A stretch of 64,000 bases of DNA from Eledone cirrhosa (taxonomy: Eukaryota), in the NCBI GenBank assembly GCA_964016885.1, contig OZ024766.1:16430001-16494000 (forward strand). The letters are read 5' to 3'. Positions 1-12,908 of the stretch are shown here, in pieces. Within the stretch, counting starts at the first letter, position 1, and each line of letters begins with the position of its first letter. Position numbers and translations under genes: made by a program. Under the pieces are notes generated by a model. The model was not told the origin of the DNA and searched no databases. It was given only the letters and a program-made list of their open reading frames with translations.

Positions 1-299
1 TTGAATACTCTGGTGCGTATATGGTCCATCTGGTTCTTTACCACACCTCCTTTGTTATATATATATATAAAATTATAAGAAACGAAAGGAGCTGTGTGGT
101 TACTGTAAACAAAGTTTAAGATGGTAATATGGATGAAAGGAGAAAATAAACCCTTCATCAGCTGTAAACTGACATCTTAGATGTTTTGGCACATATATAT
201 AGAGTTTTTAAATTCTGTACCATACAGATTTGCCAGCATAAGTCTTGGTTACAACTTCTACAAATAAAATGAACGGAGAATAATTTCAGAACAAACAAG

Positions 300-306
300 T
301 TTTATT
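300..306 (-). terminator. Candidate polyadenylation signal AATAAA of paralog 1, conserved in the other cassettes
   Basis: TTTATT on + strand, followed on the - strand by GT-rich cttgtttgttctg; inferred only. Confidence 0.45.
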
Positions 307-399
307 CAAAACATTAACAACATTGGTGGCACTATTTTGGCTGAGTGACATGGTTTTTATCTTGTCTGATTGTGTTTGTGTTACATTAAGTAACCTTAT

Positions 400-1000
<601 letters not shown>

Positions 1001-2530
1001 TTATGGTTTCTTACCTGTATGGGTATATTTGTGTTTAGTTAAACTACTTAATTGAGAGAATGATTTACCACAGATATCACAGCGATATGGCTTCTCACCT
1101 GTATGGATACGTAAGTGTTTAGGTAAATAACTACTTTGAGAGAATGATTTACCACAGATATCACAGTGATGTGGCTTCTCTCCTGTATGTATACGTTTGT
1201 GAATAGTTAAATTACTACTAAAAGAGAATGATTTACCACAGATATCACAGCGATATGGCTTCTCACCTGTATGGGTACGTATGTGACGAGTTAATATACT
1301 ACTTAGAGAGAATGATTTACCACAGATATCACAGCGATATGGTTTTTCACCTGTATGTATACGCATGTGTGTAGTTAAGGTACTACTTTTATTGAATGAT
1401 ATACCACAGATATCACAGTGATATGGCTTCTCTCCTGTATGTATACGTTTGTGACTAGTTAAATTACTACTAAAAGAGAATGATTTACCACAGATATCAC
1501 AGTGATATGGCTTCTCTCCTGTATGTATACGCATGTGTGTAGTTAAATGACTACTTTTATTGAATGATTTACCACAGATATCACAGTGGTATGGCTTGTC
1601 TACTGTATGTATACGTTTGTGTCTAGTTAATTTACTATTAACAAAGAATGATTTACCACAGATATCACAGCGATATGGTTTCTCTCTTGTATGTATATGT
1701 TTGTGTGTAGTTAAATGACTACTTCGAGAGAATGATTTACCACAGATATCACAGTGGTATGGCTTGTCTCCTGTATGGGTACGTTTGTGGCTAGTTAAGG
1801 TACCACTTTCAGAGAATGATTTACCACAGATATCACAGCGATATGGCTTCTCTCCTGTATGTATATGTTTGTGTGTAGTTAAATGACTACTTCGAGAGAA
1901 TGATTTACCACAGATATCACAGTGATATGGTTTGTCACCTGTATGGGTACGTTTGTGGCTAGTTAAGTGACTACTTAGAGAGAATGATTTACCACAGATA
2001 TCACAGTGATATGGCTTCTCACCTGTATGTATACGCATGTGTGTAGTTAAGGTACTACTTTGAGAGAATGACTTACCACAGATATCACAGTGATATGGCT
2101 TCTCTCCTGTATGTATATGTTTGTGTGTACTTAAATGAGTATTTCGAGAGAATGATTTACCACAGATATCACAGTGATATGGTTTGACTCCTGTATGTGT
2201 ACATTTGTGGCTAGTTAAGTGACCACTTTCAGAGAATGATTTACCACAGATATCACAGCGATATGGTTTCTCACCTGTATGTATACGCATGTGGCTAGTT
2301 AATATACTACTTCGAGAGAATGATTTACCACAGATATCACAGTGATATGGCTTCTCACCTGTATGGGTACGTATGTGACAAGTTAAAGTACCACTTTGAG
2401 AGAATGATTTACCACAGACATCACAGTGATATGGCTTCTCTCCTCTATCCTTTGACATCTCTTCTGCAATAGCCATATCTTTAGACATTGTTTCACATTT
2501 AATCTTCTTTTCACTCAATATATTTTCCAT
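1001..2530 (-). CDS. C2H2 zinc-finger protein, paralog 1 (33-aa leader + 17 tandem fingers)
   Basis: 509-aa ORF of 28-aa CX2CX12HX3H repeats with TGEKP linkers; no recognisable KRAB, ZAD or SCAN effector domain. Confidence 0.95.
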   Translation of the reverse strand: MENILSEKKIKCETMSKDMAIAEEMSKDRGEKPYHCDVCGKSFSQSGTLTCHIRTHTGEKPYHCDICGKSFSRSSILTSHMRIHTGEKPYRCDICGKSFSESGHLTSHKCTHTGVKPYHCDICGKSFSRNTHLSTHKHIHTGEKPYHCDICGKSFSQSSTLTTHMRIHTGEKPYHCDICGKSFSLSSHLTSHKRTHTGDKPYHCDICGKSFSRSSHLTTHKHIHTGEKPYRCDICGKSFSESGTLTSHKRTHTGDKPYHCDICGKSFSRSSHLTTHKHIHTREKPYRCDICGKSFFVNSKLTRHKRIHTVDKPYHCDICGKSFNKSSHLTTHMRIHTGEKPYHCDICGKSFSFSSNLTSHKRIHTGEKPYHCDICGISFNKSSTLTTHMRIHTGEKPYRCDICGKSFSLSSILTRHIRTHTGEKPYRCDICGKSFSFSSNLTIHKRIHTGEKPHHCDICGKSFSQSSYLPKHLRIHTGEKPYRCDICGKSFSQLSSLTKHKYTHTGKKP

Positions 2531-3049
2531 AATAATTCTTCTTCCCTTGGCAGAATTTACAGATGTTATTCTTTAATATTTTTTATATTATATTCCTAAA
2601 AAATATTTCTTCTGTTATATTTCCCTCAATTATGATCTCAGTTAATACCTGAAGATGATGCAAACTTCTTTGTCATTGAAGCTGAGTTAAAATACAAGAT
2701 ATATCTCTCATACATATACCACACAGTGAAGAAAAGGAATTTTGTCTTTAAACTCAGTTCTGAGGAAATATATCACAGTAATTCTGATAGATTTATATAA
2801 ACAGTGTTATATAAGTTCTGTTTAAAAAGTTTTAATCTTCAAATGATGATAAATAGAGGTGATGTATCCAAGATTGAAAATAATAATTTATCCCAATGTC
2901 ATCTGATATTCTGAAATGAAAAAGAAACAGTATGAGATAATAGAGAATAGTTAAGAAGCAGAGATAGATTTAACAGTAGAAATTTTACATCTATAAACCC
3001 TGGAAACTTTTTATTGAAAAATCAAATTATTTTAGTTTTTAATTAGTTA

Positions 3050-3500
3050 CAAGAAATCTTCCTCCACACCTGCAACCAGGAGTGCATCTGGGGTTCTCTT
3101 CTCTTCAGAGAGATGGAGAGAATACTTTGCTGATCTCCCAAACCCGATCACAACAGCATCTTCGGATGTATATGAGGTGAATCTGATAGCGGTGACTAAT
3201 CTCTCGGAGGCTGAGGTCACAAGAGCAATTATAGAGCTCAAATGTGACCGACTCATGTGTGTCAGATGGCCTGGGTCTCTGAAATGGCACTCAAGCAATG
3301 CAATCGAGAGTGATAATCCCAACTTATAAAAAGCGAGTCCAAGCTAGCTGATAGACAGTGCTGTTTTCTCCCTGGGTGCAACATAACCCACCAAATATTC
3401 ACACTGTGGCACGTCTTTGAGAAATCGTGGGAGTATTGCTAAGAGGTATATATTATCGTTTTATAGACCTGGAAAATGCACATGACCGCATTCTTCAGGA
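3050..3500 (+). mobile_element. Old degenerate RTE-like LINE reverse-transcriptase fragment in the intron (also ~16125-16690, 27685-28240, 37575-38130, 43730-44216, 49840-50390)
   Basis: Translates as RWREYFADL..EVTRAIKELK..GVIILIYKKGDTRDCSK*RGITLLSLPGKVYAK..FIDLENAYDR with stops and frameshifts. Confidence 0.8.
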
Positions 3501-3637
3501 CCTGCTGAGCATACAGGAGTTCCCATGGGCAGCCAGTCTTAAACATCTCTGTTATAGGCTGCAGGACGATAATAACTAAGTGAGGGCTAAGAACAGAGCC
3601 CTGGTGGACACCAGACTACACTCCAAATTCTTCACTA

Positions 3638-3819
3638 TAATTGTTTCTATTTTAAACACAAGGCCAGCAATTACCCAGTACATTACTGGTACTTTATTTT
3701 ATCGACCCCGTATGGATGTAAGGCAAAGTTAACCTCGGCGGGATTTGAACTCAGATCATAAAGGGACGTAACTCTGTGCTTCAAAGCATGGTGTCCGACT
3801 CTCTACCGATACTGCCACT
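3638..3819 (-). mobile_element. tRNA-derived SINE with Meta/Nin-like core (also ~16821-17003, 28377-28558, 38267-38448, 50521-50702)
   Basis: Minus strand shows an A-box-like TGGCAGTATCGG, B box GAGTTCAAATCC, then aactttgccttacatcc..ggggtcgataaaataaagtaccag; family assigned from memory. Confidence 0.7.
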
Positions 3820-4019
3820 TCACTATAATGAATGTTAATCCTGACATTGCTGACTGCTCTTCTATACATGGCTTTATGATCCTGTATACAAGACATGTAT
3901 CAGACGGTTATTCAGCTAGCTCTTTAGAGTATTAGAACCTTATTATGTACAGCCACCGAGATCCCACACCAACAGATGTCCCTTCACCATCAAAGCAGAT
4001 TTAGAATAAAATAGACAAA

Positions 4020-4555
4020 ATATTAATTTACTTGAATTAAATAGACGTTTAAATTTACATAATTAAATAGACGGAGGTAATTTAATTAATAAAAATATCT
4101 TTAACTTACTTAAAGCAATGACAAAGTACAGCTAAATATAAACTATATTTTATAATGTAAGGTAGTGAACAAGATAATTAAATAGACGGAGGTAATTTAG
4201 ATAACAAAAATATCTTTAATTTACTTAAATTAATTTACAAGGTACAGCTAAATATAAACTATATTTTATAATGTAAGGTAGTGAACCACATAATTAAATA
4301 GACGGAGGTAATTTAGATAATAAATATATCTTTAATTTCCTTAAAGCAATAACAAGGTACAGCTAAATATAAACTATATTTTATAATGTAAGGTAGTGAA
4401 CAAGATAATTAAAAAGACGGAGGTAATTTAAATAATAAATATATCTTTAATTTACTTAAAGCAATAACAAGGTACAGCTAAATATAAACTATATTTTATA
4501 ATGTAAGGTAGTGAACCACATAATTAAATAGACGGAGGTAATTTAAATAATAAAG
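4020..4555. repeat. 115-bp AT-rich intronic satellite, ~4-5 copies
   Basis: acggaggtaattt recurs at 4071 and 4186 and onward. Confidence 0.9.
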
Positions 4556-4691
4556 ACAGTCATGATAACAATATATTTTATATCACATGTAACAGTGGAA
4601 TCTGGTTAATTACTGAATCGTTGTATGGTTCAAATAATTATATTATTTACACACATTAATATAGACATTAAGTAAATCTTTGTCAACTTAC

Positions 4692-4930
4692 CTCCTTCAC
4701 ATATAATCAATGTATTGTGTTGTTAGTTGTTACTAAACAACCAAAGAAATAATCTCTTTGTTATCAATTTAGAAGTTTCAATGTTATCAGCTTTATTTCA
4801 CGACATTAACGTTGGTGTATCTTCTTCATCTTTAGTCATAAATTGATATCTTGTCAGAATGAAGTAGTGAGGCTGACTTTATGTCTTTAGCTACAGATTA
4901 GATAGGAAATATATATATATTAGGTTGATA
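4692..4930 (-). promoter_or_regulatory. Probable non-coding exon 1 and core promoter region
   Basis: Non-repetitive conserved block upstream of the splice donor, with an Inr-like TCATTC near 4857-4862 and a TA-rich tract upstream; the start site is not determinable. Confidence 0.4.
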
Positions 4931-5302
4931 TGTGGTCTAAAATATATATATTGTCTATAAATGACTGAGAGCAGATGTTCTGGTGAAATAGTAGTTTTAC
5001 TACTACAGATTGTAATGGAACTCTTAGTAGACACAATTGTAAAGTAAGAATAGATATAACAGTGTAAGACAGATGTCGGGGAATTAAAATTGTGTGTGTG
5101 TATATATATATAATTGTTACACAAGATATAATTAGATTAATTAAAGTTATAACGAAGACAGCAGGTACTCGGTGTCTTAGCGAATGTTTCGACTCTCGTA
5201 ACGGTGTCAAACATTAAAAGTCCCTGATATAATTTAATACCTTCAGACACATTTCCAGTCGTATTTAATTCTATAGTGATGTGATTTATTAAAAAGAAAT
5301 GT

Positions 5303-5700
5303 GATAATTGTTTCTATTTTTTGGCACAAGGCCAGCAATTACTGGTACTATATTTAATCAACCCCGTAATAACTGTTTCTACTTTAGGCACAAGGCCAGC
5401 AATTACACCAATGTATTACTGGTACTTTATTTTATCAACCCTGTAATAACTGTTTCTACTTTAGGCACAAGGCCAGCAATTACTCCAGTGTATTACTGGT
5501 ACTTTATTTTATCGACCCCATAATAATTTTTTCTACTTTAGGCACAAGGCCAGCAATTACCCCAGTGTATGACTGGTACTTTATTTTATCGACCCCGTAA
5601 TAATTGTTTCTACTTTAGGCACAAGGCCAGCAATTACCCCAGTACATTACTGGTACTTTATTTTACCGACCCCGTAGGGATGAAAGGCAAAGCTAACCTC
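5303..5700 (-). repeat. ~77-bp tandem repeats of the SINE 3' half: 5 copies here, 2 at ~18510-18690, 1 at ~30662-30760, 3 at ~39738-39990, 3 at ~57131-57385
   Basis: gtttctactttaggcacaaggccagcaatta recurs at 5375 and 5452 and onward; matches the intronic SINE tail. Confidence 0.8.
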
Positions 5701-5724
5701 TGAGGGATTAACTTTGCTTTTAAT

Positions 5725-6142
5725 CCTTATCTCTATACATATAGAAAATGGACAGAGTGTGTACTTCACTGAAACCACTGCTCATCAGTTGACACCAGCA
5801 CCACCTGACACTACTCTAACTGCTTTTTTGAAACTCTGCCAGAATAAAGAATTTGTTCGATCCCTCCTATATGCTGACATCCCAAAATACTACACCTGGA
5901 CCAATTGTAAGACTTGGAATCAAAGGAAGCAGGGTCATTTAGTGGAAGGTGATGAAGTCAAGGCAAGTGATGCTATTGGGCATGTTTACAATGACCACCC
6001 CAACAACAGAGAGTTTTTATTTACAGCCACTTCTGCATATTGTTCAAGGACCAACGTCATTTGAGGATCTCAGGTGATTTGGTGGAAGAGTGCAGCAATT
6101 AACAAGAAGCATCTAAAGGACATCAACTCCTGCATGGCAATT
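5725..6142 (+). mobile_element. Helitron RepHel fragment, left part (also ~18710-19130, 30786-31175, 40015-40430, 57407-57827)
   Basis: IHIENGQSVYF..PPDTTLTAF..LLYADIPKYYTW..E.FYLQ.LL..VQGPTSFEDLR..C.TYREA resembles the Helitron segment between Rep and the PIF1 helicase. Confidence 0.8.
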
Positions 6143-9100
6143 GACATTGGAAGAAGAGACAAGAAGGGGCAGTCACTGGAGTAGCCAGTTAAATAAGACA
6201 GCCATGGACACCTGTATGACAACTGACATTGGAAGAAGAGACTAGAAGGAGCAGTCACTGCAGTAGCCAGTTAAATAAGACAGCCATGGACACCTGTATG
6301 ACAACTGACATTGGAAGAAGGGACTAGAAGGAGCAGTCACTGGAGTAGCCAGTTAAATAAGACAGCCATGGACACCTGTATGACAACTGATATTGGAAGA
6401 AGAGACTAGAAGGAGCAGTCACTGCAGTAGCCAGTTAAATAAGACAGCCATGGACTCCTGTATGACAACTGACATTGGAAGAAGGGACTAGAAGGGGAAA
6501 TCACTGGAGTAGCCAGTTAAATAAGACAGCCATGGACACCTGTATGACAACTGACATTGGAAGAAGAAGAGACTAAAAGGAGCAGTCACTGGAGTAGCCA
6601 GTTAAATAAGACAGCCATGGACACCTGTATGACAACTGACATTGGAAGAAGAAGAGACTAGAAGGAGCAGTCACTGGAGTAGCCAGTTAAATAAGACAGC
6701 CATGGACACCTGTATGACAACTGACATTGGAAGAAGAAGAGACTAGAAGGAGCAGTCACTGGAGTAGCCAGTTAAATAAGACAGCCATGGACACCTGTAT
6801 GACAACTGACATTGGAAGAAGAAGAGACTAGAAGGAGCAGTCACTGGAGTAGCCAGTTAAATAAGACAGCCATGGACACCTGTATAACAACTGATATTGG
6901 AAGAAGGGACTAGAAGGAACAGTCACTGGAGTAGCCAGTTAAATAAGACAGCCATGGACACCTGTATGACAACTGACATTGGAAGAAGAGACTAGAAGGA
7001 GCAGTCACTGGAGTAGCCAGTTAAATAAGACAGCCATGGACACCTGTATGACAACTGACATTGGAAGAAGAAGAGACTAGAAGGAGCAGTCACTGGAGTA
7101 GCCAGTTAAATAAGACAGTCATGGACACCTGTATAACAACTGACATTGGAAGAAGGGACTAGAAGGAACAGTCACTGGAGTAGCCAGTTAAATAAGACAA
7201 CCATGGACTCCTGTATGACAACTGGCATTGGAAGAAGGGACTAGAAGGAGCAGTCACTGGAGTAGCCAGTTAAATAAGACAGCCATGGACTCCTGTATGA
7301 CAACTGACATTGGAAGAAGGGACTAGAAGGAGCAGTCACTGGAGTAGCCAATTAAATAAGACAGCCATGGACTCCTGTATGACAACTGACATTGGAAGAA
7401 GGGACTAGAAGGAACAGTCACTGGAGTAGCCAGTTAAATAAGACAGCCATGGACTCCTGTATGACAACTGAGATTGGAAGAAGGGACTAGAAGGAGCAGT
7501 CACTGGAGTAGCCAGTTAAATAAGACAGCCATGGACTCCTGTATGACAACTGACATTGGAAGGAGAGACTAGGAGCAGTCACTGGAGTGGCCAATTAAAT
7601 AAGACAGCCATGGACACCTGTATGACAACTGACATTGGAAGAAGAGACTAGAAAGAGCAGTCACGGGAGTGGCCAGTTAAATAAGAGAGCCATGGACTCC
7701 TGTATGACAAGTGACATTGGAAGAAGGGACTAGAAGGAGCAGTCACTGTAGTAGCCAGTTAAATAAGACAGCCATGGACACCTGTATGACAACAAACATT
7801 GGAAGAAGGGACTAGAAGGAGCAGTCACTGGAGTAGCCAGTTAAATAAGACAACCATGGACTCCTGTATGACAACTAACATTGGAAGAAGAGATTTGAAG
7901 GAGCAGTCACTGGAGTAGCCAGTTAAATAAGACAGCCATGGACTCCTGTATGACAACTGACATTGGAAGAAGAGACTAGAAAGAGCAGTCACTGTAGTAG
8001 CCAGTTAAATAAGACAGCCATGGACACCTGTATGACAACTGACATTGGAAAAAGAGACTAGATGGGGCAATCACTGGAGTAGCCAGTTAAATAAGATAGC
8101 CATGGACTCCTGTATGACAACTGATATTGGAAGAAGAGAGTAGAAGGAGCAGTCACTGGAGTAGCTAGTTAAATAAGACAGCCATGGACACCTGTATGAC
8201 AACTGACATTGGAAGAAGAGACTAGAAGGAGCAGTCACTGGAGTAGCCAGTTAAATAAGACAGCCATGGACACCTGTATGACAAGTGACATTGGAAGAAG
8301 GGACTAGAAGGAGCAATCACTGGAGCAGCCAGTTAAATAAGACAGCCATGGACTCCTGTATGTCAACTGACATTGGAAGAAGAGACTAGCAGGAGCAGTC
8401 ACTGGAGTAGCCAGTTAAATAAGTCAGCCATGGACACCTGTATGACAACTGACATTGGAAGAAGAGACTAGAAGGGGCAGTCACTGGAGTAACCAGTTAA
8501 ATAAGACAACCATGGACATCTGTATGTCAACTGACATTGGAAAAAGGGACTAGAAGGAGCAGTCACTGGAGTAGCCAGTTAAATAAGACAGCCATGGACT
8601 CCTGTATGTCAACTGACATTGGAAGAAGAGACTAGAAGGAGCAGTCACTGGAGTAGCCAGTTCAAATAAGACAGCCATGGACACCTGTATGACAACTGAC
8701 ATTGGAAGAAGAGACGAGAAGGAGCAGTCACAGGAGTAGCCAGTTAAATAAGACAGCCATGGACTCCTGTATGACAACTGACATTGGAAGAAGAGACTAG
8801 AAGGAGCAGTCACTGGAGTAGCCAGTTAAATAAGACAGCCATGGACTCCTGTATGACAACTGACATTGGAAGAAGAGACTAGAAGGAGCAGTCACAGGAG
8901 TAGCCAGTTAAATAACACAGCCATGGACACCTGTATGACAACTGACATTGGAAGAAGAGACTAGAAGGGGGATTCATTGGAGTAGCCAGTTAAATAAGAC
9001 AGCCATGGACACCTGTATGACAACTGACATTGGAAGAAGAGACGAGAAAGAGCAGTCACAGGAGTGGCCAGTTAAATAAGACAGCCATGGACACCTGTAT

Positions 9101-11541
9101 GACAACTGACATTGGAAGAAGGGACTAGAAGGAGCAGTCACTTGAGTAGGCAGTTAAATAAGACAGCCATGGACTCCTGTATGACAAGTGACATTGGAAG
9201 AAGGGCTAGAAGAAGCAGTCACTGTAGTAGCCAGTTAAATAAGACAGCCATGGATACCTGTATGACAACAAACATTGGAAGAAGGGACTAGAAGGAGCAG
9301 TCACTGGAGTAGCCAGTTAAATAAGAAAGCCATGGACTCCTGTATGACAACTGACATTGGAAGAAGGGACTAGAAGGAGCAGTCACTGTAGTAGCCATTT
9401 AAATAAGATAGCCATGGACACCTGTATGTCAACTGACATTGGAAGAATGGACTAGAAGGAGCAGTCACTGGAGTAGCCAGTTAAATAAGACAACCATGGA
9501 CTCCTGTATGACAACTAACATTGGAAGAAGAGATTTGAAGGAGCAGTCACTGGAGTAGCCAGTTAAATAAGACAGCCATGGACTCCTGTATGACAACTGA
9601 CATTGGAAGAAGAGACTAGAAAGAGCAGTCACTGTAGTAGCCAGTTAAATAAGACAGCCATGGACACCTGTATGACAACTGACATTGGAAAAAGAGACTA
9701 GATGGGGCAATCACTGGAGTAGCCAGTTAAATAAGATAGCCATGGACTCCTGTATGACAACTGATATTGGAAGAAGAGAGTAGAAGGAGCAGTCACTGGA
9801 GTAGCTAGTTAAATAAGACAGCCATGGACACCTGTATGACAACTGACATTGGAAGAAGAGACTAGAAGGAGCAGTCACTGGAGTAGCCAGTTAAATAAGA
9901 CAGCCATGGACACCTGTATGACAAGTGACATTGGAAGAAGGGACTAGAAGGAGCAATCACTGGAGCAGCCAGTTAAATAAGACAGCCATGGACTCCTGTA
10001 TGTCAACTGACATTGGAAGAAGAGACTAGCAGGAGCAGTCACTGGAGTAGCCAGTTAAATAAGTCAGCCATGGACACCTGTATGACAACTGACATTGGAA
10101 GAAGAGACTAGAAGGGGCAGTCACTGGAGTAACCAGTTAAATAAGACAACCATGGACATCTGTATGTCAACTGACATTGGAAAAAGGGACTAGAAGGAGC
10201 AGTCACTGGAGTAGCCAGTTAAATAAGACAGCCATGGACTCCTGTATGTCAACTGACATTGGAAGAAGAGACTAGAAGGAGCAGTCACTGGAGTAGCCAG
10301 TTCAAATAAGACAGCCATGGACACCTGTATGACAACTGACATTGGAAGAAGAGACGAGAAGGAGCAGTCACAGGAGTAGCCAGTTAAATAAGACAGCCAT
10401 GGACTCCTGTATGACAACTGACATTGGAAGAAGAGACTAGAAGGAGCAGTCACTGGAGTAGCCAGTTAAATAAGACAGCCATGGACTCCTGTATGACAAC
10501 TGACATTGGAAGAAGAGACTAGAAGGAGCAGTCACAGGAGTAGCCAGTTAAATAACACAGCCATGGACACCTGTATGACAACTGACATTGGAAGAAGAGA
10601 CTAGAAGGGGGATTCATTGGAGTAGCCAGTTAAATAAGACAGCCATGGACACCTGTATGACAACTGACATTGGAAGAAGAGACGAGAAAGAGCAGTCACA
10701 GGAGTGGCCAGTTAAATAAGACAGCCATGGACACCTGTATGACAACTGACATTGGAAGAAGGGACTAGAAGGAGCAGTCACTTGAGTAGGCAGTTAAATA
10801 AGACAGCCATGGACTCCTGTATGACAAGTGACATTGGAAGAAGGGCTAGAAGAAGCAGTCACTGTAGTAGCCAGTTAAATAAGACAGCCATGGATACCTG
10901 TATGACAACAAACATTGGAAGAAGGGACTAGAAGGAGCAGTCACTGGAGTAGCCAGTTAAATAAGAAAGCCATGGACTCCTGTATGACAACTGACATTGG
11001 AAGAAGGGACTAGAAGGAGCAGTCACTGTAGTAGCCATTTAAATAAGATAGCCATGGACACCTGTATGTCAACTGACATTGGAAGAATGGACTAGAAGGA
11101 GCAGTCACTGGAGTAGCCAGTTAAATAAGACAGCCATGGACACCTGTATGACAACTGACATTGGAAGAAGAAACTAGAAGGGGAAATCACTGGAGTAGCC
11201 AGTTAAATAAGACAGCCATGGACACCTGTATGACAACTGACATTGGAAGAAGAGAGTAGAAGGAGCAGTCACTGGAGTAGCCAGTTAAATAAGACAGCCA
11301 TGGACACCTGTATGACAAATGACATTGGAAGAAGAGACTAGAAGGAGCAGTCACCGGAGTAGCCAGTTAAATAAGACAGCCATGGACTTCTGTATGACAA
11401 CTGACATTGGAAGAAGGGACTAGAGGGAGCAGTCACTGGAGTAGCCAGTTAAATAAGACAGCCATGGACTTCTGTATGACAACTGACATTGGAAGAAGAG
11501 ACTAGAAGGAGCAGTCACTGGAGTGGCCAGTTAAATAAGAC
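6143..11541. repeat. 82-bp minisatellite, ~66 copies
   Basis: Unit gacattggaagaagagactagaaggagcagtcactggagtagccagttaaataagacagccatggacacctgtatgacaact; starts at 6143 and 6225 and onward. Confidence 0.95.
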
Positions 11542-11890
11542 AGTTGTTTGCTACTATACTCACAGCATGTGGAATAAATCTCATCTTCCCTGGCAGGAGC
11601 ACAAAAACAATATGTCAGACGACTATCTACACCTAGCCCAAAGACGTTATAGCAATATATATGTGGAATCTACCTCCAAGATTTACAATCAAGCTCTGTG
11701 CAACCTGTCCCATTGAATTCCAGCAATGCAGGATGCCAGAGCCAGAAGAAATTGAGGTAATACAATCAGTTTTTCAGGAGACAAACCATGATATTGAAGT
11801 GTTGCGTAAGTTTGTGGATGAAAATAAACCTTGACTGGTAGATGACCAGAAATATGCCTACCACAACATCATGAAAAACATTCAACATGA
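11535..11890 (+). mobile_element. Helitron RepHel fragment, right part (also ~20890-21255, 32400-32765, 46263-46618, 59351-59717)
   Basis: IRQLFATILTAC..WQEHKNNMSDD..IYNQAL..ETNHDIEVLRKFVDENKP*LVDDQKYAY continues the Helitron sequence up to just before the helicase. Confidence 0.75.
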
Positions 11891-12022
11891 CAGTACCCAG
11901 CACTCTCTGTAAATGAGGTTGGCGTTAGGAAGGGCATCCATCTGTAGAAATCAAGCCAGAATCAGTTCCTGTCGCACCCTTGCAAGCAGGGAAAATGCGG
12001 ACGTGAAATGAAATGATGATGA
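11891..12022 (+). mobile_element. Short RTE 3' UTR remnant or RTE-tailed SINE ending in (TGA)n (also ~21258-21395, 32766-32905, 46619-46755, 59718-59858)
   Basis: cccagcactc.ctgtaaatgaggttggcgttaggaagggcatcca matches the 3' UTR of the RTE copy at ~62625-62700. Confidence 0.75.
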
Positions 12023-12237
12023 CCCTCCCATATTTTCAATAATGTCACTTTGACGAACCAAAAGATAAATAACAGAAAAACAGACCCTAAAATATATTTT
12101 CCGTGCTATTTCCAACTTCACCTTTTCTCTATATATAGAGAGAGCGCGAGGACAATTTGTCATGTCTTCATTACATAGGTGTTATTTTAAATAAACATCT
12201 TTTAACGGTCTGTTCTGCTATATTTTACTTTTCCACG

Positions 12238-12270
<33 letters not shown>

Positions 12271-12720
12271 ATATATATATCAACTAGAAATTGATTGACA
12301 TATAAATAAACATATGAAACAATCACAGAGGATAATTTGTAAATGTGTGTAAGCACACATAGGTAGGTAACTAAATAAATTTAACTAGAACTTCAAAAAT
12401 AGATACCTTAGAAAACGATTAATCTTCCTTGTATATATTCCATTAAAGAAATATATTTCACCAATTAATCGATTGGTAAACGACAGTAGCCAGATCTTGG
12501 ATTCTCAACCAGGAAGAAGTCCAACCATCTGTGTTTACGCATCAAGTTCAAATCAGCGACTGACCAGTAACCCGTGCTGTATCTACTAAAAATACACACA
12601 TCATACCAGCTTTGTCCCAGTGGCGTGAATAGGGTTATTGACTACTAGAAACAGCAGTCAGGTTCTTTCAACAGAGTTAGCTCTACAATTAAGAGGCCCT
12701 ATTTATATATATATATATAT

Positions 12721-12908
12721 CCAAAATTAAGATAAATTAAAATGAAATTAATCTGAATCGAATCATGGGTGTCATGCCAATAAGACAGGCGCCATATCGC
12801 TCATAAAATAAGCTCCATGGAGCTTATTTTACGGGTGATATGGCACATGTCTTTCTGGCATGACACCCATAATTTGATATAGATTAATTTTATTTATCTT
12901 AATTTTGG
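12721..12908. repeat. ~190-bp loop-less palindrome flanked by (TA)n, MITE-like (also 24312-24506, 33604-33791, 40732-40925, 47442-47627, 60545-60725)
   Basis: ccaaaattaagataaat..aaaataagctcca|tggagcttatttt..atttatcttaattttgg. Confidence 0.85.

Larger units (their letters stand above)
2911..4691 (-). other. Predicted 5' UTR intron of paralog 1 (equivalents 15987-17902, 27544-30044, 37433-39128, 49701-56519)
   Basis: Minus-strand donor GAG|GTAAGT at 4686-4691 and acceptor tttctttttcatttcAG at 2911; both are conserved in the cassettes that retain them. Confidence 0.65.

Noticed and set aside
2432-2530. KRAB, SET or other effector domain at the ZNF N-terminus (PRDM9 orthology)
   Set aside because: The leader is only 33 aa with no such motif; PRDM9 is an analogy only, so no gene symbol is assigned.
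3047-3322. Recurrent minus-strand ORFs (MGLSLSIALLECHF.., MPFQRPRP..) as a conserved small gene
   Set aside because: They are antisense to the degenerate RTE fragment and recur only because the cassette is duplicated; their starts and lengths vary.
3720-3819. tRNA gene
   Set aside because: A and B boxes are present but no cloverleaf is evident, and it continues into a SINE core and tail.
8550-10453. Short ORFs MTAPSSLFFQCQ.. and MEEETRRSSHW.. as genes
   Set aside because: Chance frames through the minisatellite or the Helitron remnant, mostly with non-ATG starts.
6143-11541. CRISPR-like array
   Set aside because: Units are head-to-tail with no unique spacers, no cas genes are present, and the context is eukaryotic.
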